Assembly (NCBI GenBank): GCA_040289885.1 | Contig: PSLZ01000005.1 | Span: 26,598 to 90,597, forward strand | DNA: 64,000 nucleotides | Source of the DNA: Armatimonadota bacterium | Lineage (GTDB): Bacteria > Armatimonadota > HRBIN16 | Direction of reading: 5' to 3' | Shown: in pieces, positions 38,839 through 50,091 of the stretch | Layout of the letters: every line of letters begins with the position of its first letter | Numbering within the stretch: the first letter of the stretch is position 1 | Translations under genes and position numbers: made by a program | Notes under the pieces: model-generated | The model's input: the letters and a program-made list of their open reading frames with translations, nothing else | Databases searched by the model: none | What the model was told of the DNA's origin: nothing

Positions 38839-40818
38839 ATGAGCGACGGTATTACCGAAGCAACCCGAGCACAGGCGGCTATCGAAGCCCTTCTGCGGGA
38901 GAATCGCACGTTTCCACCGTCGGAATCGTTCCGCGCACAGGCAAACGTGAACGACCCGCAAATATACGACATCGCCGAGAAAGACCCCGAAGCGTTCTGG
39001 GCAGGTTTCGCCAGCGAACTGGAGTGGTTTGAGCCATGGCAGAAGGTCTTGCAGTGGGACCCTCCTTACGCCCAATGGTTCATCGGCGGAAAACTCAATG
39101 CTTGCGTGAACTGCGTGGACAGGCACCTGCGCACAGCCCGGCGCAACAAAGCGGCAATCATCTGGGAAGGGGAACCTGGCGAAGAGCGGGTACTAACCTA
39201 CTGGGACCTCTACCGCGAGGTTACCAAGTTCGCAAACGTGCTGAAACGGCTCGGCGTGCACCGAGGCGACCGCGTGGTGATCTACATGCCGATGATCCCC
39301 GAAGCAGCGATCGCGATGCTCGCTTGTGCACGAATCGGCGCGCCACACTCGGTGGTATTCGGTGGGTTCTCCTCCGAAGCCTTGCGCGAGCGCATTAACG
39401 ACTGCGGCGCCAAGGTCGTCATCACTGCCGACGGCGGTTATCGGCGCGGTAACATCGTGCAACTCAAACGCGCCACCGACGAAGCGGTGGAACACTGCCC
39501 CACCGTTCAGCACGTGATCGTCTATAACCGCGCGATGGACCCCACGCACGTGCCGATGCTGGAAGGGCGCGACCACTGGTGGCATCGCCTGATGGAACAC
39601 GCCCCCATGCACTGCGAGCCCGAAGCCATGGACTCGGAGGACCTTCTGTACATCCTCTACACCTCGGGCTCTACCGGCAAGCCCAAAGGCATCGCACATA
39701 CGACCGGCGGCTATCTCACAGGCGTCTACGCCACCACCAAATGGGTCTTCGACCTGAAGGACGATGACCTTTTCTGGTGCACGGCGGACATCGGTTGGGT
39801 GACCGGCCACTCCTACGTGGTCTATGGTCCTCTCGCCAACGGTGCCACGGTACTGATGTACGAGGGAGCACCCGACTATCCCGACCGCGACCGATTCTGG
39901 GCGCTGGTGGAGAAATACCGTGTGACCGTGTTCTACACCGCTCCCACCGCCATTCGTGCCTTCATGAAGTGGGGTCCAGATTATCCCCAGCGCCATGACC
40001 TCTCCAGCCTGCGCCTGTTGGGCAGTGTCGGCGAGCCGATTAACCCTGAGGCGTGGATGTGGTATCACCTCTACATCGGCGGACAGCGATGCCCTATCGT
40101 CGACACGTGGTGGCAAACCGAGACGGGGCACATCTTGATCACCCCTCTGCCCGGAATCACCACCACCAAGCCCGGCTCCGCGACGCGCCCCTTCCCGGGC
40201 ATTGAGGCAGATGTGCTGGACGAACAGGGCAACTCGGTGCCGTTGGGCGGAGGCGGCTACCTGGTCATCAAGAAGCCGTGGCCCGGAATGCTCCGCACCA
40301 TCTATGGCGACCCTGAGCGGTACGTGGAACAGTACTGGAGCCGCTTCCCCGGTATCTACTTCACGGGAGACGGCTGTAAGCGCGACGAAGACGGCTACTA
40401 CTGGCTATTGGGGCGCGTGGACGACGTGATGAACGTGGCGGGACATCGCATCAGTACCATGGAGGTCGAGTCGGCGCTGGTAGACCATCCTGCTGTCGCC
40501 GAGGCAGCGGTCATCGGCAAATCGCACGAGATCAAGGGGCAAGCCATCGCTGCCTTTGTGACGCTGAAAGAAGGCTATCGCGCAGGCAGTGAGATGGTAG
40601 AGGAACTGAAGGAGCACGTCGTGCAGAAAATCGGACCCATCGCGCGCCCCGATGACATCTTGTTCACGTCTGAACTGCCCAAGACGCGCTCAGGCAAAAT
40701 CATGCGCCGCCTCTTGCGCGATATCGCGGAAGGACGCGCGCTGGGCGATACCACCACCCTGGCTGATCCGGCGGTGGTTGCCGCGCTCAAACAGCGCTAC
40801 GAAGAGCACGAGACCTAA
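38839..40818 (+). CDS. acs: acetate--CoA ligase (acetyl-CoA synthetase)
   Basis: RBS AAAGGAGGT 8 nt before ATG 38839; AMP-binding motif [11 protein letters not shown]; full-length ACS architecture; extended -10 TGTGGTAAAAT upstream. Confidence 0.95.
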   Translation: MSDGITEATRAQAAIEALLRENRTFPPSESFRAQANVNDPQIYDIAEKDPEAFWAGFASELEWFEPWQKVLQWDPPYAQWFIGGKLNACVNCVDRHLRTARRNKAAIIWEGEPGEERVLTYWDLYREVTKFANVLKRLGVHRGDRVVIYMPMIPEAAIAMLACARIGAPHSVVFGGFSSEALRERINDCGAKVVITADGGYRRGNIVQLKRATDEAVEHCPTVQHVIVYNRAMDPTHVPMLEGRDHWWHRLMEHAPMHCEPEAMDSEDLLYILYTSGSTGKPKGIAHTTGGYLTGVYATTKWVFDLKDDDLFWCTADIGWVTGHSYVVYGPLANGATVLMYEGAPDYPDRDRFWALVEKYRVTVFYTAPTAIRAFMKWGPDYPQRHDLSSLRLLGSVGEPINPEAWMWYHLYIGGQRCPIVDTWWQTETGHILITPLPGITTTKPGSATRPFPGIEADVLDEQGNSVPLGGGGYLVIKKPWPGMLRTIYGDPERYVEQYWSRFPGIYFTGDGCKRDEDGYYWLLGRVDDVMNVAGHRISTMEVESALVDHPAVAEAAVIGKSHEIKGQAIAAFVTLKEGYRAGSEMVEELKEHVVQKIGPIARPDDILFTSELPKTRSGKIMRRLLRDIAEGRALGDTTTLADPAVVAALKQRYEEHET

Positions 40819-40842
40819 GTCGCTAACACTCGGAGCCACCCA

Positions 40843-40871
40843 CCCCCTCTCCCGATATGCGGGAGAGGGGG
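40843..40871 (+). terminator. GC-rich stem-loop terminator after acs
   Basis: ccccctctcccg-atat-gcgggagaggggg. Confidence 0.55.
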
Positions 40872-40887
40872 CAATTCCGCTTGCCAG

Positions 40888-40917
40888 GTTGACGAAATCC
40901 TACCTGTTGTGCTATGC
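40888..40917 (+). promoter_or_regulatory. promoter of tRNA-Ser (-35 TTGACG, -10 TATGCT)
   Basis: ttgacgaaatcctacctgttgtgctatgct ~65 nt upstream of the tRNA. Confidence 0.4.
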
Positions 40918-40981
40918 TATTGTATGCCGATTCGAACCGCCTTGTATCAGCACATTCCTATCGCTACAGGACGGCGGTCGC

Positions 40982-41068
40982 GGAGAGGTGGCCGAGTGGT
41001 TGAAGGCACCGGTCTTGAAAACCGGCAGGCGATGAGCCTCGTGGGTTCGAATCCCACCCTCTCCGCCA
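40982..41068 (+). tRNA. tRNA-Ser (anticodon UGA), long variable arm, CCA encoded
   Basis: Acceptor ggagagg/cctctcc; D-arm gccgagtggttgaaggc; anticodon loop cuUGAaa; T-arm gtgggttcgaatcccac; discriminator G + CCA. Confidence 0.9.
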
Positions 41069-41108
41069 CCGGTTGCTGTTTCGTTTTGCCTGGAGGACTG
41101 GTTCGCAC

Positions 41109-42476
41109 GTGAAAAAGCGTACCCTGAAATGGCTGATTTGGGTGGCATGGATTGCTGGCGCTCTGTACTTTGCCGATAGAGGCGCAAGCTATTATCGGCA
41201 GGTGCGTTCGCTTCCTGAAAACGTGATAACCACCATCCCGGAGATGCCTCCGCATCGCGCGGGAGACCGCGTGCTTGTGTTCGCCCCTCACCCGGACGAC
41301 GAAGCGATCGGCTGTGCAGGCGTCATCCGGCAAGCCCTCGAAGCGGGAGCACAGGTCTGGGTGGTTTACATGACCAACGGCGACGGATTCCGGCTCGCCG
41401 CCGAACGGCAGTTCCGCCAGTCGAGACCTACCCCCGAACAGTATATCCAGCTCGGTGAAATGCGCCAGCAAGAGGCGCGCCATGCCATGAATACCCTAGG
41501 GCTGGCAAACTGGCGCGTCATCTTCCTGGGATACCCGGATAGAGGTCTGGACGCGCTCTGGCGGTCTAACTGGACACCATGGAATGCGCTAACCTCCTAC
41601 TACACCGCAACCGAAACCAACCCGTACCGCGACAGCTTGCATCCGGGCAGCGCTTATTGCGGACAAAACGTTCTGCGCGATGTGGAAACCGTTTTGCGCC
41701 AGACCGTTCCCACCCACGTTTACGTCACTCATCCCGCCGATGACCATCCCGACCACTCCGCCACCGCGCTGTTCGTTCAAACGGCTCTGGCACACCTGCG
41801 GGCGCGGGGGCTCGGATTCGCCCAGCGGGTGGTGCTGCGACACTACATGGTGCATTGTGGAGACTGGCCTCAGCCCCAGGGATTGCATCCGGACATGCCG
41901 CTGACGCCACCAGCAACCTTCTTCCACATCGGACTGCACTGGAAGAAGCTGACCCTGACCCGCGAGCAACAACTGCTGAAACTGAAAGCAATCCAGGCAC
42001 ATGCGTCGCAGATGCGCATGATGCCCCGCTTCCTGCAAAGCTTCGTCCGCGAGAACGAACTGTTTATCCAGCGACCACCCGTAATGAGCCTAAAGCGGGA
42101 GCAAGGCATCGTTTGGGAAGAACCTGACGCGGAAGATTTCCTGCGCGAACTGCAGTCACCCGGCGACTTCACCGCGGCACAATTGCGTCTTGAAGACGAA
42201 CAGATGGTGTTCCATTTGGATACCCGCACTAAGCCGCGCACCGGTTTCTCCTACACCTGCACGGCACATGTGCTCGCCCCGAACGGCAACATCATAACCA
42301 CCACCCTGCGTGCCAAACCGGGCAAACACAGCCTCTCCGCCTACATCGATGACGACGGCGTGACCTTCCGCTTCCCGGCACCTCCTAGGGGCTCCATCGT
42401 CACCCTGCACGCTCAATCTCGCTTCGCCGGGCTACCGGTGGACAAGAGCACCGGACAGGTGATCCAGATCCCCTGA
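41109..42476 (+). CDS. PIG-L family deacetylase (LmbE-like) with N-terminal TM helix and C-terminal extension
   Basis: VLVFAPHPDDEAIGCAGVI...VVYMTNGDG zinc-dependent deacetylase motifs; GTG 41109 chosen because the ORF-track start overlaps the tRNA. Confidence 0.7.
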   Translation: MKKRTLKWLIWVAWIAGALYFADRGASYYRQVRSLPENVITTIPEMPPHRAGDRVLVFAPHPDDEAIGCAGVIRQALEAGAQVWVVYMTNGDGFRLAAERQFRQSRPTPEQYIQLGEMRQQEARHAMNTLGLANWRVIFLGYPDRGLDALWRSNWTPWNALTSYYTATETNPYRDSLHPGSAYCGQNVLRDVETVLRQTVPTHVYVTHPADDHPDHSATALFVQTALAHLRARGLGFAQRVVLRHYMVHCGDWPQPQGLHPDMPLTPPATFFHIGLHWKKLTLTREQQLLKLKAIQAHASQMRMMPRFLQSFVRENELFIQRPPVMSLKREQGIVWEEPDAEDFLRELQSPGDFTAAQLRLEDEQMVFHLDTRTKPRTGFSYTCTAHVLAPNGNIITTTLRAKPGKHSLSAYIDDDGVTFRFPAPPRGSIVTLHAQSRFAGLPVDKSTGQVIQIP

Positions 42477-42560
42477 CGAGTCGTGTAAAAAGGCGCCGGG
42501 GGTCAGCCGGCGCCTCGCGGGAGGAGAGGAGGAGGATGGTGATAGGCGATAAGTCGGTTG

Positions 42561-43244
42561 TCAAAACGCTTGCAGGGGATTGAACTGGCTAGCGCTCCAC
42601 GGGCTCTGTACCGCCAGTCTGATCCACCGCACGTGACCATCTGCAAACACCACGTTATTGCCGTCGTTGTGGCGCGGACACTGCCACCGCGGACGCTCCC
42701 GATACGCCGATTCCCAGTTCGGGTGCCGCTCGGCAAGCTGACCGGGAAGCACATACATCATGTAACTGCCCATGGCGCCGTTCAGGTTGTTTGCATCCGC
42801 CCGGTTGTTGGGCGTGTCATACGCCAGAAACGAGTTCGACGGCACTGTAATCCTGTCCAATGCCATTCCGCTGGTTCCATAAGCCGTGCCCATCAGGCGC
42901 GGAAACCCCAAAAACGTGTTGTATGCATAACTGGGCACCGGCAATGTGTTCTCCGGGCATACCCAGATTCGCGCATCCTTCACGTACGGCTGTAACGCTA
43001 CCATCCATGCGCGCCCCTCAGGAGCAACCACCGCGTAGGGAAACGCCGCGGGCAGGTTGCCTTCCCAGTCCTGGGCGTAGAGCGCAAATGCCTGCCCAAT
43101 CTGGCGCAGGTTGCTAACGCATGCGCTACTGCGTGCCACCGCGCGGGCGCGCCCAAATACCGGCATCAAAACGGACGACAGGATCGCCACCACGGCGATG
43201 ACGACGAGCAGTTCAACCATCGTAAAGGCTTTTCGCGTTCTCAT
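42561..43244 (-). CDS. prepilin-type N-terminal cleavage/methylation domain protein, DUF1559 family (second copy)
   Basis: MRTRKAFTMVELLVVIAVVAILSSVLMPVF...NVVFADGHVRWI; ATG 43244 with GAGGAG 8 nt upstream. Confidence 0.8.
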   Translation of the reverse strand: MRTRKAFTMVELLVVIAVVAILSSVLMPVFGRARAVARSSACVSNLRQIGQAFALYAQDWEGNLPAAFPYAVVAPEGRAWMVALQPYVKDARIWVCPENTLPVPSYAYNTFLGFPRLMGTAYGTSGMALDRITVPSNSFLAYDTPNNRADANNLNGAMGSYMMYVLPGQLAERHPNWESAYRERPRWQCPRHNDGNNVVFADGHVRWIRLAVQSPWSASQFNPLQAF

Positions 43245-43450
43245 GACACTCACTCCTCATGTTCAAAATAGTCTTCGCTGTGCAGGGCACCGCTCCTTGT
43301 GGTAGCCTCTTTTTTGCCCAGCACCCTTATTACTAGCAAGAAGCGTGCCACAGCGGTGATAAAATTACCAGATTTTGCCCCAAACGGCGGGAAATTTCCA
43401 CCCGTTTCCCGAAAACATTACCAGCAAAAACGAACGCGGAGAGTGCCAAC

Positions 43451-44710
43451 ATGCGTGTGCTCGCTGAAGAGACCATCGCTACCTGCGAGCCGCCTAACAA
43501 CGGCGCGGGACCGCTGTGGTGTTACGGTGCGCCTCTTATCGTGCGCCTAGGCAAAGAGGTGTATGCTAGCGTCATGGAAACGGGAGCCGATGTGCGTCCG
43601 CTGTGCAACACCCGCCCACGCCTATACCGCAGGCGCGAGAAAGAGGGTTGGCAAATGGTATGGGCGCCACCTGCCTTCCGCGAGAGGGAACCCTGCCCGC
43701 TTGTCACCATTGCGCAAGCGCGACTGTTCCTCTCGGTGAACACCTCGCTCATGCCACCGGGCACCTACTACGGCAAGTGTGACCCGCATCTGCTAGAGTC
43801 CTCCCGCACCCACCCCAGCGAGCCCGAGAGGCACACTCCGCCTTTCCCACTATCCGCCACGTTCACCGACCACTCGTATCGCGGTATCGCCGCCGACAGT
43901 CGGCACGGCGAGATATTGCTCTTGCACATCGATGCCCGCACCAGCGAATACCATTACGCTCTGCTCAAAAGCGATGGGCGATGGGACGCTCCGGGCACCC
44001 TCTCCTTCCCGATTCGCGCCTGCTATCCACAGGTTCTCCTGCGCGAACGCACCGCCTACGGGCTGGCTATCGGCGACATTGTGGAACCGGTCGAAGAATG
44101 GCGACGGTACAAGCGAGAGAAAACCCAGCGCGGGTGGGACTATGTTTTCCGCAGGCTCTTCTTCACCAGCACGCCCAATGTGCTCTCCGAACCGTTCAGC
44201 CCGCCGCTGGAGATAGAGAACGTGGACGCTACCGGAGGGCATATCGTCAATTTGGATCTCTGGCTGGATAGGGGCGGGACGATACACTTGCTCTACCGAC
44301 GCGAACAGACAACCGCCCTGTTACGTGAGCGGTACTTCCCCCATCTGCCTCTGCGGGCGTCGCTGGAATACTGCACGGTGCAAAAAGGGCGTGTCCTTAG
44401 TCGGCAAACGCTGATGGAGGGCGGCGAGGGGCTAGCTTCCCCGCGTCCCCAATACGCTCGCTTCCACTCGCCCGACGGCAAACGCCTGTTGGTGGTCTAC
44501 GCGGCGACCTCGCCCGATGGCACGTGGCACAATGCCGTGATGCCCGTGTTTCCGAGGCGGGGCGATTCCGTCACCCTTCCTCTGCGTGAGCCGTTTATCA
44601 CATTTTTCACCGCCTGCGAACGTGGCGGAAGTCGCCCCTCTCCCTTGCTCGACCTGTTCGGGGTCGCCCACGATGCTAGGACGCTCAGGTATGCTTGCGT
44701 GCGGACGTAG
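43451..44710 (+). CDS. hypothetical protein (one Asp-box-like TSPDGTW; possible beta-propeller)
   Basis: 419-aa ORF, RBS GGAGAG; no family recognised. Confidence 0.55.
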   Translation: MRVLAEETIATCEPPNNGAGPLWCYGAPLIVRLGKEVYASVMETGADVRPLCNTRPRLYRRREKEGWQMVWAPPAFREREPCPLVTIAQARLFLSVNTSLMPPGTYYGKCDPHLLESSRTHPSEPERHTPPFPLSATFTDHSYRGIAADSRHGEILLLHIDARTSEYHYALLKSDGRWDAPGTLSFPIRACYPQVLLRERTAYGLAIGDIVEPVEEWRRYKREKTQRGWDYVFRRLFFTSTPNVLSEPFSPPLEIENVDATGGHIVNLDLWLDRGGTIHLLYRREQTTALLRERYFPHLPLRASLEYCTVQKGRVLSRQTLMEGGEGLASPRPQYARFHSPDGKRLLVVYAATSPDGTWHNAVMPVFPRRGDSVTLPLREPFITFFTACERGGSRPSPLLDLFGVAHDARTLRYACVRT

Positions 44711-45728
44711 TGCCTTCGCTTCGTCGGAGAATATCCGCCTCCTCGAACACGGCATGGTAGAGCACCGTGCGCTCCTGCGCGCTGAACACCAGATGGATTT
44801 TGCCGTCTTGCGCCTGCACCGCGCTCGGATAGGCGAAGGCATCATCCCCCTCGAACAGATTGCGTCGATACGGATAGGTCTTGTCGCCGTCCACCGAGAT
44901 CGCTGCGGTGAGGGGAGTGCGTTCGGAGGTCGAGTCGTTATAGATGAGCAGTAAATGCCCGTTGCGCAGGCGCAGGAACTCCACGGCGGAATTGGGGTTC
45001 TTGAACGCCGTCTCCTGCCCATCGCTCCAGGTACGCCCTCCGTCCCGCGATTCCGCACGCACAATACGCCGGTGCTTCACGTCCTCGTAACTGCCCCCAG
45101 CACGGCAGTAACACACCAGGTAATCGTCCGTTAGCATCGCAACGGCGGGCTGAAGGTTGCCCAGCCGCGAACGGATTCGAGTGGTAGGCGTCCAAGTGTG
45201 CCTCTTCGCACCGTAAATGAAGAACAGCGAGCAGGTCTCCGTAGACACGAACTCGGGGTCCTCGCCGACCTCGTGATACGCCGGGAGCAATATATCCCCA
45301 TTGGGCAAGGCGAGCGGGTGATTGCGCACCATCATCCCTTGTGTGAGGCTGACAATCATCGGGTCGCACCATGTCTTCGCGCCGTCCGTAGAAATCTTCG
45401 CCTGGATGATGGAAGTAGACCAGGTCGCCCCCATGCGCACCACATAGAACAACCAGACCCTACCATCATCGGGAGCCTGCCAGATAACCGGGTTGCCCTC
45501 AGGACGATTGGGAGCGTCTGCGATGGGCGTGGGTTTTGTCCATGTCCTTCGCCCTCTCGGCAGGCGTGCGCCGTAAACGGCGGTATCCTCGGCGTACTCA
45601 TCGGAGCCGGCGTAAAACACCAGATACAGGTCACCATTGGCGAGCTGAGTGATCGAGGGCGCGTGCTTGTATCGCCCGCCCGGATGCTCGGGTCCAAACA
45701 CGCGCTGAACAGGAACATGTGCGATCAT
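44685..45728 (-). CDS. BNR/Asp-box repeat glycosyl hydrolase (sialidase-like, GH33-type fold)
   Basis: Asp-boxes STDGAKTW, SRDGGRTW, SVDGDKTY; start at MIAHVPVQ; 26-nt convergent overlap with upstream gene. Confidence 0.65.
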   Translation of the reverse strand: MIAHVPVQRVFGPEHPGGRYKHAPSITQLANGDLYLVFYAGSDEYAEDTAVYGARLPRGRRTWTKPTPIADAPNRPEGNPVIWQAPDDGRVWLFYVVRMGATWSTSIIQAKISTDGAKTWCDPMIVSLTQGMMVRNHPLALPNGDILLPAYHEVGEDPEFVSTETCSLFFIYGAKRHTWTPTTRIRSRLGNLQPAVAMLTDDYLVCYCRAGGSYEDVKHRRIVRAESRDGGRTWSDGQETAFKNPNSAVEFLRLRNGHLLLIYNDSTSERTPLTAAISVDGDKTYPYRRNLFEGDDAFAYPSAVQAQDGKIHLVFSAQERTVLYHAVFEEADILRRSEGTTSARKHT

Positions 45729-45785
45729 GACGTAAATCCTCCTGCCGGGGCACACGTCTTCTGTGTGCCCCGGAGGTCTTCACTT

Positions 45786-46823
<1,038 letters not shown>

Positions 46824-46899
46824 AGCATTTCCCTCCTTCTACATGGTGTTCACTTTCTGATTCGCGATGCCACACCACCTTCCTGCTTACGCAGTATGG

Positions 46900-48606
46900 C
46901 TAACGTTTCGGGAGCATGTCCACCAGCACTGCCTTCGCACCGTCTAAAACGATCTTGCCGTTCTCTCGGCGAAGCGTGCCCTTGACCGTTACCACATCCC
47001 CCTGCAGGAACGGTAGAGGCAGTTCGCCCGGCACCCGCACCGTAACCTCCCCTACCTGCAACTCTCCGACGGTGCCCGGCATCCCGACGGTGACCGCCTG
47101 CTCGGTAAGCACCACCGGCGTGCCCTCCGGCAGTCGCCGAAGAGCCCCTACCTTCTTCACCACTTTCGCGCTACTCGTTCCCATCAGCAGGTTGCGTGTC
47201 GTCACTTTGCCCGCTTGTACCTTCGCCTTGACGCTCTGAGAGAGTCCCGACCGTGTCAGCACGTGCAGGGTGTATTCGCCGGGGGGCAGGTGCGCAAAGC
47301 CGAAGAAGCCGGTGCCGTCCACGTACTGCTCACGCTCCAGCCCTGCCCCGTTCAACGTCACCAGCGCATGGTCCTCGGCGTCCAGCGTTTCGGCGTTCAG
47401 GATGGTACCTTTGATGTGCCCGGCGATCGGCTTCTCTTTCCATACCGCGGGCGGCACGGGAACCCACTGCCCAAACACCTTTCCCAACGCCTCGTAGAAG
47501 GCAGGGTTGTGTTTCTGCTCCTTGCTCTGGGCATCGGTGTTCGTGGTAGCATAGGAGTAGAAGCAGATCCCCCGTGCCCGGTTGCCACGTGGTGTCGGTT
47601 CCCAAACCCGTTGAACCTGTCGAAGGGTGTCCTCAATGGGGTTTAGAAAGTTGCCCAGCCCGATGCCCGCGTAGTGCTCGTACTGATGGTCTTTCACAAA
47701 GCGCATCCAGTTATCCAGCCAGCGCGCGTACTTCTGCTCGTTGAAGTAGCACATCGGCAGGTTCCAGTCCAATATCCCCTCCTCCATCCACCCGCGCCAG
47801 TCCTGGTAAACACGCGAGTAGGCGGCGGAGCGCGTCCACGTCTCATCCGTCTCCGGACCGTTGCCCCACGTGATGGTCGCCGCCGATACCAGCACCTTCG
47901 GGTTGACCGTCATCGCGTACAGATAGGTCTTGCGCACCAGAGCGGTCACCTGGTCACGCCGCCACTGCTTGAACTTGGCGCTCTTGAAGAAGGGGAAGCC
48001 GCCGGAAAGCCCACGTCGTTCGTTATAGCGCTGGATGCTAACCGGGTTGTAGCCCCATCGCTCGCCCCCATAGCGCACGAAGTCAAAATGAATCCCATCC
48101 ACGTCGTAGTGCCGAACCACGTCCAGATACACGCGGAACGTCCAGTCCGCCGCGCCCGGATGTCCGGGGTCTATCTTGGTGGCTTCGCCATCGTAGTCCT
48201 CGCCCATGTCGCTTAGCGTCAGGTATTCGGGGAATCGGCTCTGCAGGGAACGCGGATGTCGGTTCCTACCCACCGCACAGGTGTTCAGCCAGGTATGCAC
48301 CTGGATGTATGGCTTTTCGCGATGGGCTTTTTCGATCAGGTAAGCCAGGGGGTCAAAACCCTCGGCAATGTCCGAGGCACGCGGCTCGTAGTGCGAGCGA
48401 TAGTAGGCGTCCGCACTCTTGCGCACCTGTACCACTACCGCATTCAGCCCCGCCTGACGCACCCGCGCTAGTAAGGTGTCCACTTGCTCCGGCGTCTTGA
48501 TGCCCTCGTTGAAGCCATCCACCCAGATGGCGCGCAGCTGCGGCTCGCCCGACGGAATGGCAAAAGCAGGCAACACCAGCAAAAGGATAGACAAGAGATG
48601 ACGCAT
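46900..48606 (-). CDS. glycoside hydrolase-like family 10 (GHL10/DUF4015) protein with C-terminal carboxypeptidase-regulatory-like beta-sandwich
   Basis: Signal peptide MRHLLSILLLVLPAFA; IWVDGFN...AGLNAVVVQVR...DGIHFDFVRY core. Confidence 0.6.
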   Translation of the reverse strand: MRHLLSILLLVLPAFAIPSGEPQLRAIWVDGFNEGIKTPEQVDTLLARVRQAGLNAVVVQVRKSADAYYRSHYEPRASDIAEGFDPLAYLIEKAHREKPYIQVHTWLNTCAVGRNRHPRSLQSRFPEYLTLSDMGEDYDGEATKIDPGHPGAADWTFRVYLDVVRHYDVDGIHFDFVRYGGERWGYNPVSIQRYNERRGLSGGFPFFKSAKFKQWRRDQVTALVRKTYLYAMTVNPKVLVSAATITWGNGPETDETWTRSAAYSRVYQDWRGWMEEGILDWNLPMCYFNEQKYARWLDNWMRFVKDHQYEHYAGIGLGNFLNPIEDTLRQVQRVWEPTPRGNRARGICFYSYATTNTDAQSKEQKHNPAFYEALGKVFGQWVPVPPAVWKEKPIAGHIKGTILNAETLDAEDHALVTLNGAGLEREQYVDGTGFFGFAHLPPGEYTLHVLTRSGLSQSVKAKVQAGKVTTRNLLMGTSSAKVVKKVGALRRLPEGTPVVLTEQAVTVGMPGTVGELQVGEVTVRVPGELPLPFLQGDVVTVKGTLRRENGKIVLDGAKAVLVDMLPKR

Positions 48607-48639
48607 TCCGTACCCCCTTTACCCCTGTACAACCTAACC

Positions 48640-48906
48640 CTACGCCGACTCTGCCTCCGCCTTCGCTATCTGAACCCAGCGCACCACCCGATGAGGGTCG
48701 TTCCGCTCGTTCCAGCCGTTTTCGGGGTCATAAAAGACGAGCGGGCGCGCCGGTTCCAGCGCGTTGTGGCGATACCACCGCTCGCACTTCTCCTGCTCTA
48801 TAGGGTGCGCAGACAGCTCGGCAACCTGCTTCGCCAGCTCGCGCAGGATACGCTGGTCGCCCCGACGGATGGAGAACCTTGTTCGGGTTGCAGTTTGCCC
48901 GGACAT
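48640..48906 (-). CDS. small hypothetical protein
   Basis: 88-aa segment MSGQTATRTRFSIRRGDQRILRELAKQVAEL... downstream of the PEP-CTERM gene; upstream part of the ORF-track entry 48640..49335 overlaps that gene and is discarded. Confidence 0.3.
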   Translation of the reverse strand: MSGQTATRTRFSIRRGDQRILRELAKQVAELSAHPIEQEKCERWYRHNALEPARPLVFYDPENGWNERNDPHRVVRWVQIAKAEAESA

Positions 48907-48974
48907 CGCGTACCTCCATGATGTTAGATGGGACAGGGCGGTTTCCTGCGCGTAGAGACTGTCCGCGCGCCAGA

Positions 48975-50057
48975 CTACCGTCTTCGTCGACGCAGCGCCA
49001 GCAATGCCACACCGCCTAGCAACACCAGCCCCGATGCAGGCTCCGGCACCGGCTGTGCCAGAATCACGCTCCAGTAGCGCACCCCGCCGATGTCTTCGCG
49101 GGTCACCCACACCAGCTCGCCCCGGTCGTTCAGCGCGACACGGAAACTGCGCGTGGTGCCGCTGTTGTCGGTCAGCGCAATCAACGTGCCATCGGCAAGC
49201 AGATGCACATCGTACTTCCGAAACAGAATCGCCTGCTCGTATGCTACCCAGCCTCGGTTGTTGATGTCGGGCGAGGAGCTGAGGGCGTTGCCGGTGTTGT
49301 TCGTCAGCGCAACCACCCCCGTCGCCTCCGACCACTGCTCGATGTTCCAGTTACTGCCGTTGTGGTGCATCCACACCACCTGCCCGTTGTCGTTGAGGTC
49401 GGGCGAGGCGTAGTCGTCGCCGACGGTGTTCTGGCTGAGGTTGCGGTAGTTGCGCATGTCATCCGCATGAGCGAGGTAGATCTGCGCATTCGCCCTGCTG
49501 TCCACCGCATTCCATGCTATCTCGCCTCGGTTATTGATGCGAGGGGTCTGGCTGTCGAAGCCCGCCCAGCTGGTCAGGTTCACCGGGTCGCTGTCGCCGG
49601 GCTTCCACAGGTAGATGTCCTGATAGCCTGTTGTCAGGTTCGTTCCCGTTGTCACCACCCAGCCCGAGTCGTTGATGTCCGGCGCACCAAAGCCTACCGA
49701 GCCGTCAGTATGCGTGATGTTGGTAATGATACCGCTATCCCACAATACCACATCCGATACGGAGCCGTCGTCGTAGCGCCAGACGATCTGATTGTGGTTG
49801 TTGATGCGGGGATAGGTGTTCAGGCGTCCCTGCTCGCCCGCACTGAGCCGTCGCACCTGCGAACCATCGTACAACCACACGTCCGAGCGCATAAAATCGC
49901 CCTCGCCCCACACGATCCAGCCGTTGTTGTTGATGTGCACCGACTGAACCGAGTTGGTATGGCGGTAGATGACCCGCGTGCGGAACACCGACTGGGAATG
50001 TGCCCGCAGGCTCGCCAGCAGTAACCCCGCGATCGCAATACCGTACAGGACACGCAT
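48975..50057 (-). CDS. secreted repeat (beta-propeller-like, ~7 x P-INN-G-IVW units) protein with PEP-CTERM anchor
   Basis: RBS AGGAGG 7 nt before ATG 50057; signal peptide MRVLYGIAIAGLLLASLRAHSQS; C-terminus PVPEPASGLVLLGGVALLALRRRRR; repeats INNNGWIVW / INNHNQIVW / INNRGEIAW / LNDNGQVVW. Confidence 0.8.
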   Translation of the reverse strand: MRVLYGIAIAGLLLASLRAHSQSVFRTRVIYRHTNSVQSVHINNNGWIVWGEGDFMRSDVWLYDGSQVRRLSAGEQGRLNTYPRINNHNQIVWRYDDGSVSDVVLWDSGIITNITHTDGSVGFGAPDINDSGWVVTTGTNLTTGYQDIYLWKPGDSDPVNLTSWAGFDSQTPRINNRGEIAWNAVDSRANAQIYLAHADDMRNYRNLSQNTVGDDYASPDLNDNGQVVWMHHNGSNWNIEQWSEATGVVALTNNTGNALSSSPDINNRGWVAYEQAILFRKYDVHLLADGTLIALTDNSGTTRSFRVALNDRGELVWVTREDIGGVRYWSVILAQPVPEPASGLVLLGGVALLALRRRRR

Positions 50058-50091
50058 TGTGCGACCTCCTTTCCAAATGATACCGTTGTAC

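Noticed and set aside
41073-41108. ORF-track start of the PIG-L deacetylase gene at 41073
   Set aside because: It would begin inside or immediately abut the tRNA-Ser; an in-frame GTG at 41109 gives a sensible N-terminal TM start.
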